Below are positions 21,760-33,361 of a stretch of 64,000 nt of DNA, piece by piece (position 1 is the stretch's first letter; every line of letters begins with the position of its first letter). The translations under genes were made by a program, and so were the position numbers. Location: contig OZ296651.1 in assembly GCA_965655095.1 (NCBI GenBank), positions 87,544,001 through 87,608,000 on the forward strand, given 5' to 3'. The notes beneath the pieces were generated by a model. The model was not told the DNA's origin and searched no databases. It was given only the letters and a program-made list of their open reading frames with translations. This stretch comes from Haplodiscus bocki. Taxonomy: Eukaryota.

Positions 21760-24300
21760 TACTGTTACTCGTAATCGAGAAAGGTCTCGGTTAACCTTAA
21801 CTACCACTGAACTAAAGTTTGAAGTAACTGTAGAATTCACTGGATTGAATCCTCATCTAATTTGAACTCAGATTAAATTTCGAATTTTTTCCAATCCGTT
21901 TGTCGTGATTAGTTCACACTTTACTTCCACAAACGAACCTCCATTTGATCATCAGTGGGGAAGTAAAACTCTTTACAACCCTATCTCTGGTTTAAAATAC
22001 AAAATTTTTCCGAAACCTTTGACTTTATTCTCAGTATTTTTAAATGTCTCTTTACTGGAAACTGCCACCACTAACACCTCTGAAATTTTAATTCAACTTG
22101 ATGACCCGAGGATTACCCAACTCCTAGCCATTCATTAGGTTTGTTCGAAACGTTACAATCTGAGACAATTTATTTTAACGAGGGTACAGAAATGTACTCA
22201 AGTTCCCTCTGAAAAAAACGTACTAGAACATTTGCCCCTTTAAGTAATCGTGCCAAAGCGAGAAAACTTAAAGCCATTTGCCGTTCTGCAACAAATCAAA
22301 AAACACAAGTGCTTTGCGATCAAGGTTCACCTGACAAAATTTATAGACATTATCGTGTGCATTGGCATACTAATTTCATGCCTTTACCAGAAAAACTGGA
22401 ACCTAAGGAATGTAAACACAGTATCTAAAAAGTTTATGGTACGGTTTGTGCTGAATTGAACCAACATTCTTTTAATGACTCTTTCACCTATCCTGATAGA
22501 CTGAGTTTCTGCTTCAACTAGAAAACAAACAGACGCTATTCACTGTAATCTAACTGGACACTGTAAAAAATGGAGTATTAAATCACCAAGGTAATAAATA
22601 TGATTGGACTAGTGGTTTTGACAATTCAAAAGTGAATCCATACGTTCCCATAAAGATGAAAATCTTATTGATAGAGGAAGCTGGTCAGTCATACAAGGCG
22701 GAAAATTTTTGGAAAACGATAATTAATTAGATAAATTAACACTTGAAAGTCAAACCCTTCCATATTTGCATTCTGATGGTTGTTGCAAGCCAACACTGAA
22801 ACATCCATATACTATTGTTTTGGTTTCCTGATGGAATATGTTCAATATTTCATATCTCTGATTTTATTCTGCGTATGTCTGAGCTGAAAAAAGATGTTGG
22901 TTAAAAATTGATGATTTTTAAAAAGCATTGGAGAGAACACTGGAAAGAACTATCAAGAGCACACTGCCAACTGTATTTCCCTATACTAATTCATCTTCGG
23001 GAACTGCTACTCCATCTTTATCCAGTCTGGAATTCTTCTCACAAACGAATATTTCTGTAAGAAACCTACACGAATATATACAAATCAATAACTTGATTTG
23101 TTTGTCACTCACCTTGAAGTTTTTATTATGAACACTGAAAACAAAAACCCAATTGTTTTTGATGAAGATCCATCGCTCACTCAAAGTTGAATGTCTTCAC
23201 TAATGGTACTTGACTCTGTAAAAATTTAAAAAGATTTCCCTTCACTGAATTATTCAAACAATTTTGGTACTGTAGACTATGCTGCTCACAGAAATACAGA
23301 AATATTTTATTCTATCAACCAGGTATCTAAATCTGCTTCCATCCAAGAACTGAATACAGAACATCATTTGTGTAAACTAGAAAGAACACGTTTTGCTAAC
23401 TATATTAGTAATTTCTGTTGAAAATCCTCAACTTTCTGGTTGCTTTTTAACGGGAAAGCATTGCAACTTTCTCTAAGTAGAAGGCTCTACTGCTTGTTTT
23501 TGTGACTGTTAAGTGACAGCTTCGTTACTTTTTTCACCTCTGTATGAAGCTCATAAATATTTTGATCAAATACCAATAAACTATCAAGATACTGTATTGT
23601 ATATAGATCCTATAGCAACTTAAAAATTCAAAAAAGCTAAACCTTTATCTTGTGATAACAAACCACAAAAATGTATATCATTAGAGCTTGATAATGATAA
23701 ACACTGTGTACTGACTCCTAAACCTGTACCTGTAATACGAGCCACACCAAGGCTTTTTGAACCAAAAGAAGTCCAATCTGCAAAACGTTCAAATACTTTT
23801 ACTGCATATGCAGCTGGAAATTATTGGAATGTTGAAATAACAAACTTCTGGAATCGTGTTTTTTTTTCACGAAACATCCTAATGAAGCACCGATTCTTCG
23901 GAAAAAAGTTCTCTCGTTTGACTTTTCAGCTACTTTTGAAAAACATACAACTGTTTCAATTCAAATCCTAACAAAAATTGATATAAAAATTACATTGTTT
24001 TGAGGGATGGTCTACTTGATCACCTCCTAAATATTTTTCTTCTATTTGCTCTTGATCGGATTGGTGCTGCATTTTTTGCGTTTTCTGGCTTTCGATGTAA
24101 AGTTCTCACTTATTGTGGATTATCTTCTTCCACTTTTCTGTTTTTCCAATAGGTTATCACAATCCTACTGAAGTTTTATATGTCTACTTCAATTAAGTTT
24201 CGACTTCTTGAAACCATACTGAGTTCTCTAGTCCATGGATTTTTAAAAACACCAAAACAAAATGATGATTGTTTTGAATGATGCCAAAAGTAACAAACTT
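21760..24300 (+). pseudogene. env: Envelope glycoprotein remnant, chuvirus-G/class III fusogen-like
   Basis: By-eye translation across frameshifts: CSKRYNLRQFILTRVQKC; HHLCKLERT..ILVISVENPQLSG.FLTG...VEGST..CDC; PLYEAHKYFDQIPINYQDTVLYIDPI...LSCD; AAGNY; hydrophobic stretch near 24060-24180. Cys/motif spacing matches my recollection of chuvirus-like glycoproteins. Confidence 0.7.
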
Positions 24301-27300
24301 CAACCCAAAAGACTTCAACGTGTAGATGACTATCCTAAAAAATCTTCAACAGATAGCAGCTGGAAAAGTCAAAAAAATTCTGTGAATAAAAAATAAAAAC
24401 CCATGCCTCAAATTTCCCAAAGTATTGAACCCTCCAGCTTGCTGTCAATTGGCAAACGTCAATTCAATTTAACTGAACCTGAGAAGATTAATACTTTTCC
24501 TTGAACCTATCTGCATAACACAAAAATGTCACCTGGAAAACAGTCTCTCGATAATTTTCAGCTAACGTTATCTTTCATGACTCAACTGTCTGATGCTACC
24601 CCACAATCATTCGTTAAAACAACTTGTCACCCACAACCACCCTACCTATGTATCACATATTTTCAATATTATTGTCATACAATATGATTGAATCAGAACT
24701 GCTGCAAACTAACGAAACTGTCATTGGTTTTTATTATCACCATACATGTTCATCAACGATGATCATATAACTCAGGTTTTCTGATTTTTTTTGAGATTCT
24801 GAAAACTTCCATTCTTTCCCTGTCTCTCATTGAATCACGTTTTTCCTTATTTTTGCAATATAATTTTCAAGTTCACCCATCTCACAAACTTCTTGAATGA
24901 AAAAACTCTGGAAGTTTTCTTGCGCTCTGTGAAACCTTTTAACCATCCACTCTGCAAAAGATTTCTTTCACTCTGCAATACTACAGTTCTGAAATAAAGA
25001 TCCTACTCTTCTAAAGTTTCCTGCCTCAAAAAAACCCGTCGATTAGAAATGACCAAACAAAATCCCAACCAGTTTAAAACAACCCTACATCCATGTCAAA
25101 ACTTAGGTAGAATTACCAAACTGCCTTCTTGTGAGTACCACGGAAAAAACGTTGGAAACTTCTTTTCTTTCCACTGAATTTGAACGTCAAGCTTTGGTGG
25201 TTGCTGTACCTAATGATTATATAGAAACTGTTAAACCATAAGACTCGCTTTCTAATCTTTCGGAATTTTTTACTCCTTTTATTGAAGCTAAGAACCCTTT
25301 ACATGGTTCTAACGCGTCTCTGAATGATGAAATGGAGTTTCTAGAAGCCTCTAGTAGTTTTCTTTTTAAATGTTAGAGATGATTCAAAAACTCCGCGAAA
25401 AAATAAGTTTTCGCAACCTGCTTCTTCAAAGTCTCCTAAAAGGGAAGACGATTTCTAAATTGACCTTGCATTTTCAACCTCAAATGTTATGCCTCCTTTT
25501 TTGAAACCATCAACAAAACTGATTTACATAGAGATTTTTCCTTAATTTCCCATTGTCAACTGAAAAGTTTTATTTCCAATCTAAACTAACTTCACTGTAT
25601 AAGGTTTGAACAACGTATTCAACTCAATTGAAATCTAATTACTACAATGATTTTATTATCTGGTATGCATCTAAGCATTTAGCCACACTTGAAAACTGGA
25701 CTGCCAAAAAAAATTCACTCTGCAATTGAACTTTGTACGCGCTTCTTTGTTCGGTTTACATACTCATGATTCGAATCCAAATTTTATATATTTTAACTTC
25801 CACTGATTTTGCAAATATATACCTTGACTGCATTCCAACCACAATTGCTCACCACTATCCACAATTGTCAAAAATCTTTGACCATCCACTGAATGACAGA
25901 GGCCTGAAAAATTTTAACACATTTGCTTTGCAAAACTGTCCATAAAACGAATTCCTCTTTGTAACTGGTCACTCAGCTGCTTCCATATCAAAAAAGCAAT
26001 ATCGACATAATTCACATCCTAATTCTCAACCTGCATCTTATGCTAAAGTTACCTCCTCTTCAAAAAGGTTCAGAAAGAAATCAAAAACTGAAGATGTCAA
26101 TGATCAACCAACTGAATTTTAAAAAATGTTTGAGCATAACAAACGAATTCCAGAAATAATTAATCCCTGCGGAGCTAATTTTTCTGAAATACCTCACATT
26201 GAAATTCTGAAGATAGTTCTTCAAGGATTTCACGCTGTACATACTTCATGCGCAAAATTGCAATTGAGTCTGAAAACAATGCAATACTCTTCTAGTGACT
26301 GGCGATCTGCTGTCACATTAGTGAAGCGACTTTTCACTAATAACTTTCCATCAAAAATATGCCACTGAATTTTCTCCAATTTTGAAAAAATCGTTTGTAT
26401 GTAACATGAGAAAATTTGCTTTAGTTTGTATGAGTTTATACCCCTGATAGAAGTTCCTCACACTTGGAAAAATTCCTCTAAAAAGTTGAAACTTTGTCAT
26501 TTCTGAGCATATTTTATCCCAACTACTGAGGACTCCCAAAAAACGTAGTTTGCTAGAACTAATTTCCGTAACAAATAGTTTAGGTTTAGAAACACTCTTC
26601 TCAAATCCCGCTTATAGTGATGTAAACGTCTTCGCCTGGCTGCCACAACCAAACCACCGAATATTCAAAAATCCGAAGATAATTTCAAAGTGCTGCACTA
26701 CAAGTACTCTAGAACAATTCTCTTGAAGCTCCAAAGGAAACACCCTGAAGAATGTAATAGAGTTTTTTCTTTGCCATCATTTTCATGTTTATCTCTTCAA
26801 TTTTCTCTCATCTCAGTTAAACGATCAAACTGACTCTTGTTCTATCATCAACACTATGCTACATCAGCTACAAAAGCAAAACCATTCGCTGGATACATTC
26901 TATGATCAAAATTCCACTGATGCGGAAAAATGGGAGAATGAAATGATTATTGTTTTTACTCAGACTGACCTCGATGAATCTTCTGAAACTTTAGTTTCCC
27001 CGAAAAGTAACTTGTTAGCCTCTCGTGGATGTTTTAGTAATTCTGAAGTTTTCCCAGAACAAACCCGCAATTCATTGTGTCTCTCTGAAGTTTGATGAAT
27101 TCTCCACTGAAAAAAATGATACCTTACAAGTTAGTTATGCACATTCTGAATATCTCTCTACTTTGCTTGCAGCTCTTCCACGCCAAGATCCTTCTTCAGT
27201 AGTGACAAAACTTCTTCGTGATCTACCTCAATCCTACTTTATGATTCCACAACGTCATTGGCATTTTCCTCAGGAAAACGAGACTACGAATTAGTCATTC

Positions 27301-27549
27301 ACTCACTTTTTCAATACTCTCCCTCGGATATTTGAAATGATTCCAGAAAAAACCCGTCTACAAATATTCCTCACAGAACATTGGAGTACTGCAGTTTTGT
27401 GAACCACACTTCTGTAACTTTATAAACAACAACTCTGATAAATTATCAACAAATCTTCTCGATCTTTATAAACACAACTTCAATTATATTTTATAGAAGC
27501 AAGCCTCTGTAATTCGGAAAAGTTTTTTTTTCTTTCTCAGAATTTTTTC

Positions 27550-27730
27550 AGTGGCTCCTCACTGGCTCCTCACTGACTCAATGTTTGTTTGTTGTAGCTG
27601 GATTTCTGGTTCACTGCTCTTTTGGCTCACTGCATTTCTGGCTCACTCATTTCTGGCACTGTATTTCTAGATCACTGACTTCTGGTTTTCCAGACTTCTG
27701 GATTCACAGCCCTCTGGCTCTGCTTCTGAT
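27550..27730 (+). repeat. Imperfect short tandem repeat (TTCTGGCTCACTG-like, ~12-16 bp units)
   Basis: ctggctcctcact, ttctggttcactg, tttggctcactg, ttctggctcact, ttctggcactg, ttctagatcactg in succession. Confidence 0.7.
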
Positions 27731-29136
27731 GTTCTGCATTTCCTGACTCGGCCTTCTTTGTCTTCGATCATGCCCAGAATGATATATCACATTCCACTGG
27801 AATAGATATCAAGGTGATTGTTGGTGTTTTTCTGGAAAAAAAAACTGATGACTTTCTATCCACTTTTCTTGCCACTGCTCAGTTGTGAATAAACACGACT
27901 GTTTTGTCGTCCCGATCTGCTTCGAAATGAATCTGGCTCACAATACTCAATCTGGTTCAACTACCAGTGCTCATACTGATTCACTTTTGCGTCACCCAGG
28001 TATTTGCTCCGATGGCAACAAAAATCAGACGCGCACTCATGTGAAATCCGGTCTCCGAATATTGGTTCGAACAATACAATTTTGGACACTTTTCATCAAA
28101 AACTTTTCTCCTTTAAAATAACTCTTTATAAACTCGAAACTCGTTAGATTAAATTAATATCAACAAAAAGTTCTTTTGCAATTATGAGATAACTGTCTTT
28201 GTAATAAATTTAAATATTGACCACTCAAGTTGCTACTTTTGTAATCATAAGTGCTTTGCACCCCCTCCCCTATCTGATTTCCTCAAAACTTTTTCTCGCC
28301 AAGATTTTATTTAAGTCCCGCTCAAATAAAGTTGAATAAAGAAAAGCAAAATATTTAATTGTCCCAACCAAAAAAAGTTTTTCCAGTGAAAACTTCTCCG
28401 GAAAACCCTCTGAAATCCAATCAAACCTGTGAATTTTCTAAACAACATTCTGAAAGGACTTTTACAATCCAACTATTTGAAATTAATACCATTTCGAAGA
28501 GTGGTTTTCTTAATCCATCTTCTAAGCGTTGACGGTGAACTTAAATTTCCCTGAAGTTTTCACAATATTCAGTTCAGACTTGTCAAATCGTTCACCTTTT
28601 CTCACAGGTGCTAGACTCTTCTATCATTTGATTTTTGGCAGCACAGTAAACGGAAAAATAAACGTTGCCACTGAAGACCATGAAGAAACTGGAAGTCTGA
28701 AAAATGCTCACTTTGCAAAAACGTTCAGAACTCAAACTAAATGGCTCATTTGCTCCCTGTTCAAACCTTATGTGTAAAGTAGAGAACCTCATGTGTTGAA
28801 ACTCCCCAGATCAAAATTGAACTCTAAAACTTTCGAAAGAAAGTAAAACGACCAATGAACCAACAACAATCAATTGAGATGGATATTATATGATTTTTTA
28901 CACCTTAAAATAAAGGTCGATCACTTCAGGTTCAACGGAGAAATCTAGTCTAATTTACTAAAAACTCCTGTAAAAAGGGAAATTTCTGAAAACATGAACA
29001 ATTTTACAACTAGAACACATCACTGAGAACAAAATTTTTTCAGGAGACCATGTTGAAACCAAAAACTGAAAACCTTTTGAATGGTGCTAAATTTGTATAG
29101 ACGTGCTCGGAATTTCAAATTAAAATTCCCCGCGGA

Positions 29137-29433
29137 TGTAATACAAACACATTTTGAAAAGGAAGTTCCTGAAATTTCATTGGAGAAAAAGTAACTTTGA
29201 ATATAGTTCCTAATTATTACTTTTACAGAAGTTACTGATTTAGAAATCAACTTAGAGTTGAAGTATTATCCAAGTAGAGAAAAGTTGTCTCTTCTTGAGA
29301 AATGTTATAAATCGTTAACGTACGCAAAGTAAGGCAATAGCATCAAGGTTAAGCAAGTGTAGACAAGACCTCTGTCGTAGTGTTAACTTCAGTAATAACC
29401 CAGACAAAAAAAAATTTTTAGAAAATTATTACA
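29137..29433 (+). repeat. 3' LTR of giant Gypsy element (TGTAAT...ATTACA)
   Basis: Perfect 6-bp terminal inverted repeat, followed by TSD GTTA. Confidence 0.9.
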
Positions 29434-29880
29434 GTTATCTCTCTGTTTCCCTCAAGGAAGAAGGAGCGAAATCAAACCCAGGGAAAACCTTCTTTTCGAT
29501 CAAGAAGGACTATTGAATCAATCAGAATTGTTTCAAAAAGAGGCCTGATAGCAACCAAAAGGAAAAAGTTGTTATGGCATGCTTTTATTCACCCACAGGC
29601 GTTTTTGATAGAACTCCGGCATTTGTTGCCCTCATCGGATGGGAAAACTCCTAAAAGCAAACAATAGCCTTGCGATTATAAATACTTCTAGGCTAACTGG
29701 TCGTTTTTCGAAAAAAGTCACGGTTGGATGAAAAACAAACTTTTCACCAGGAAAGTGCAAAACTCCGTTGTAATTCACTATAAACTTGTCCTTGCAACAA
29801 TTAAAATTAACCTTAAGGGTGTCAAATTATCCATTTCTTCAAAAAAATTTGAACGTCCAAACTTTAGAGCACGCCAACAA

Positions 29881-31711
29881 TGAAGTACAGCGTAAGGGTC
29901 TGAGTTCACTGATTGAGGGCAACGGTTGACTGTAGTGTCCACTTCAGAAGAAAGACCATTCTGAGAACCACCTTCGCTATAATCCTGGTTAGCCCTGTCA
30001 GTCTCCCAGGAAATTCCTGGAGCAGCGCCGGACTGACCATGGAATTGTGAGTGCAGAAGAAACTAGTGTAGTTTTGAGAGTGCGCCTAGTATCCCACTTT
30101 CGTTTTCTGCTGAATTGCTGAATTTCTCTTTGGTCTCTCAACCCTCAAATTCAACAGCAACGTGCGCGATGTACTCCTCATTTAATTTAAGTGGTTTCTT
30201 CACTGGCAACAATTGCTTTCCTGGATGCTGTTCTTGACTGCAGCTAATCTTCCCGTTTTCCACATATCAGTTTTTTGGAAAATACTTATATCGTTTTCAA
30301 AAATGACATGACTTTTTTTCATTTGAATGTTTTAACTCGAACAAAAATGCAACACACCTGAGTATTATCAAGAAATTTAACGTTTCTGTATGTTGGTCTT
30401 CTCGTTTCTGCTAATTATACCCTTTCTTTGGCGGAAGCATTTTCTTTTATAAGCCGACAAGTCGAGGTACAAAAAAAGGTAAGGTAATTTGATTAATGTA
30501 CTTCAAAGTTGTTTAGCCAACTCTAGAGGAAAAAAACTTCTTTCCATTCTTTTCCGCCTCCAAAACTTGCGTCATTTCCATCTTTCAATAGATAAAAGGT
30601 GGACCGAATTCATCGAAAAAGGGCATCGAAATGGTAACTCCTGTGGCGATTAATTTATTAGTTTATTACTTCGTTTAAATAATTTTCATACTTGGGAAAA
30701 CAAAATGTGAGTTGTAAAATAGTGAAAAACTCAACACTAACTACGTGTAATTCGTAAAAAAAACTGAGATGGAGTAGCAGTTAGAAGCGAGTAGAAACTC
30801 GGAGAGTTCTTAGTATTTGTCCCTCATTAGTACTGGTATTCAATTGCTTTTTCCGGAACAGTTCCGTGTTCACTGGTAGCAAGATTGTCGTTGGTGAAAT
30901 ACAGTGAGTGAGTTACGCGGTGGACTGAATGCCGCATTTGTTCCGTCTTCCTATTTCTTAGCTAAATTTTCATTACAATAGTGGAGCAGTCAAGCAAGTT
31001 GAAGACCTCGTCAGACCTGTAGTGACATAACACGTAAGGAAGAAGTAATCTCTCCTGGAATCTATAACTTTGGATTACAGCTCCACTATTTAGCTTGCTA
31101 TAGATGACAGTCGTATCGTTTGCATTACAATACTGCAAATGAAATATTTCGGAAGCTTAGAAATGGTTTTAGATATTCAGGTAAGAAAATTTTACTAAAT
31201 GTAGCACCTCCAAATTATCAGAGGAAGTTGACTAAATCATTGTTTGTTCCGTAACGGCTCCGTCCTAATGTCGAACAGCTTACGAGAAAGTGATACGTAT
31301 AATTACGGATAATTGTGCTCGAACAAAACGTAAGAAAATATGATCAACAAGCAAAATGGCATGTTGGTCAGACAGTCTCTCAGTTCCTCTGGAAGGTAGG
31401 AATTAGTTTTCTGCAGACTTCGCAGATATGTTGCGACTCTAATAATTGAAAATTTTGTGATTTTTGATGTCTAAATTGAAGTTTCCGACGTATTTTGATT
31501 GGATGATTTTACTGATGTCACAAATATGGAAAGAGTGATGTTAACTCCAACGTAACTTTGCGCCCTAACAACTCAGTAAAAACGTTTTTAGGCGTTGTTC
31601 CAGTCAGAGGTCGGTAAAAAAAATTGTAATTGCCTGGCTAGTTTTTGACCTTGGAGTTTGTGTCTAACCTCGGGAATTTCATGCCCTCGTAGCAGGGTGA
31701 GAACTCTCTCA
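29881..31711 (-). mobile_element. Old solo LTR related to the 1444-2994 LTR, carrying a degenerate gag N-terminus; ends approximate
   Basis: Minus strand 30265-29881 reads NEEYIAHVAVEFEG...SGILGALSKL..FLLHSQ...SVNSDPYAVLH, collinear with Gag residues ~1-135 and stopping at the same point; leader/hairpin homology at 30414-30610. Confidence 0.72.
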
Positions 31712-33361
31712 GGCAAAAAACAGCCAAGCATCAACACTTAAAATGGACCTCAACATGTTTCTTGTACAGTTCTTTCTGCAGTTTTGTTTTCCGGCAAAAA
31801 CATTTCATCTGACGGTATTTGAAGTCAAATAACATTTCATCGATATTTGACTTTTTCAATATAGTACCATAGGTTTCGATATCATGACTTGCAGCGGCAG
31901 ACTTTTTTGCAGTTCCGTCAAAACCGTTGTAAAAATTTGAGGACACTGGTAGCGATTTTCACCAACGGATCGTTTTACCTGGTTTCAGCTTTGAATAAAT
32001 TGGGGTAATTGATCCGACAGAATATCATTTTATCAGAAGTGTTTAGCATCACAGGTTGTGGCTTCGCTCGATGCGTCGCATCCCAAATTATTCAGTCGAC
32101 TTGAACTTCTTTGAGTTGTAGTGTCCAAATATATGGATATAAACCTAACTGATTGAGATGTGACCTTGTTTTTGTACAACTCGAAAAAACCATCACTGTT
32201 AAACATACTTCAAGATTAAAGCTTCGGTTAGGTTTTATGACGCATTGGGTCCTCATGCAACATAAATTTTCTCGATGGTTATGCAACTTTAAATGGAGAT
32301 AGGTACTGCATCATCTAGCACTAAAAAGTACGCATGCGTTTTTTAACCGTTTATTTGGATTACACCCGCAAAATAGCCTTCATTTTGTTTATAAGTCTGA
32401 TACCAATCGATTGAGATAGAAAAAAAAAGAAAAAGGCAACGAAGATGTGCTTGCTACATGATCAGTTTTAATTCATCTTGTCGCGGGTAAAAATAACTTT
32501 CAAAAACTCAGTCAATAATTTAGTTTTACAAACTAGGATTTAGTTTTTTCATCTGCTTAACATTCTTCACAGGGACATTGGTGGCCATATTGCTAGAATG
32601 CAAAAACAGTTATTGCACAGATAACGAATTTATCCTCGGAAATCCTTTCACTACAACCGTTATAGTAATCCGAGTCAACATCGTCTCATCTGTTTCGGTT
32701 ATTATTAGCATTACATTCTAAATGATTGTTATCCACTCTAATATCCACTAAAAGAACTTAATGCACAATAAATCTTCGTTATTCTTATCATATACCACAT
32801 TCTCCATTAAATTGTGTATATATTCGACAACTTTAACATTTACCTTTTTTTGCATTATTCTATCCCCAACCTACATGTATTCGTTTTTAGCAAAACTGTA
32901 TTACAGTCAGAGTTGGAAAAAAGCTAACATTTACTTCTAAATGATTCCTCTAGCTCTGCCCAAATACTTAATTCTTTCTCTAACGATAAATTCAACAAAA
33001 TTTACATGCTTAATCAAGGATAAAAAGTTCTAATGCGAATTCAGGAAGTCTCCTTAAATAAATATTAGAAAAACATGAAGAAAAACGGAAGCGTATGGTA
33101 GGCATCGACTCTCCCAAATACATGTAATGAGAAGTGAAGGAAACTTTAGATACCTCTTAAGATGTTTCTGCAAATTGTCAGAGCAAAAAAAAAACAAAAC
33201 ATCGAGGAATCTTTGTTGCTAATTGAGCACCATTAATAAACTTTGTTCAAAATTACGTAATCGATTCAAATCTTTGCAAAAATGAATTCTTTTTATCAAA
33301 TACGAACAATTTTTGGTTTTATATCCAAATTATACTGCAATCACGACTTATTGAAGACAAT

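Larger units (their letters stand above)
12557..29433 (+). mobile_element. Giant (16.9 kb) env-carrying Gypsy/Ty3 LTR retrotransposon, degenerate
   Basis: ~297-bp LTRs at both ends, 4-bp TSD GTTA (12553-12556 and 29434-29437), PBS after the 5' LTR, pol order PR-RT-RH-IN, downstream glycoprotein remnant. Confidence 0.88.

Noticed and set aside
31731-32286. Host gene exons
   Set aside because: Short ORFs with no recognisable domain or supportable splice structure.
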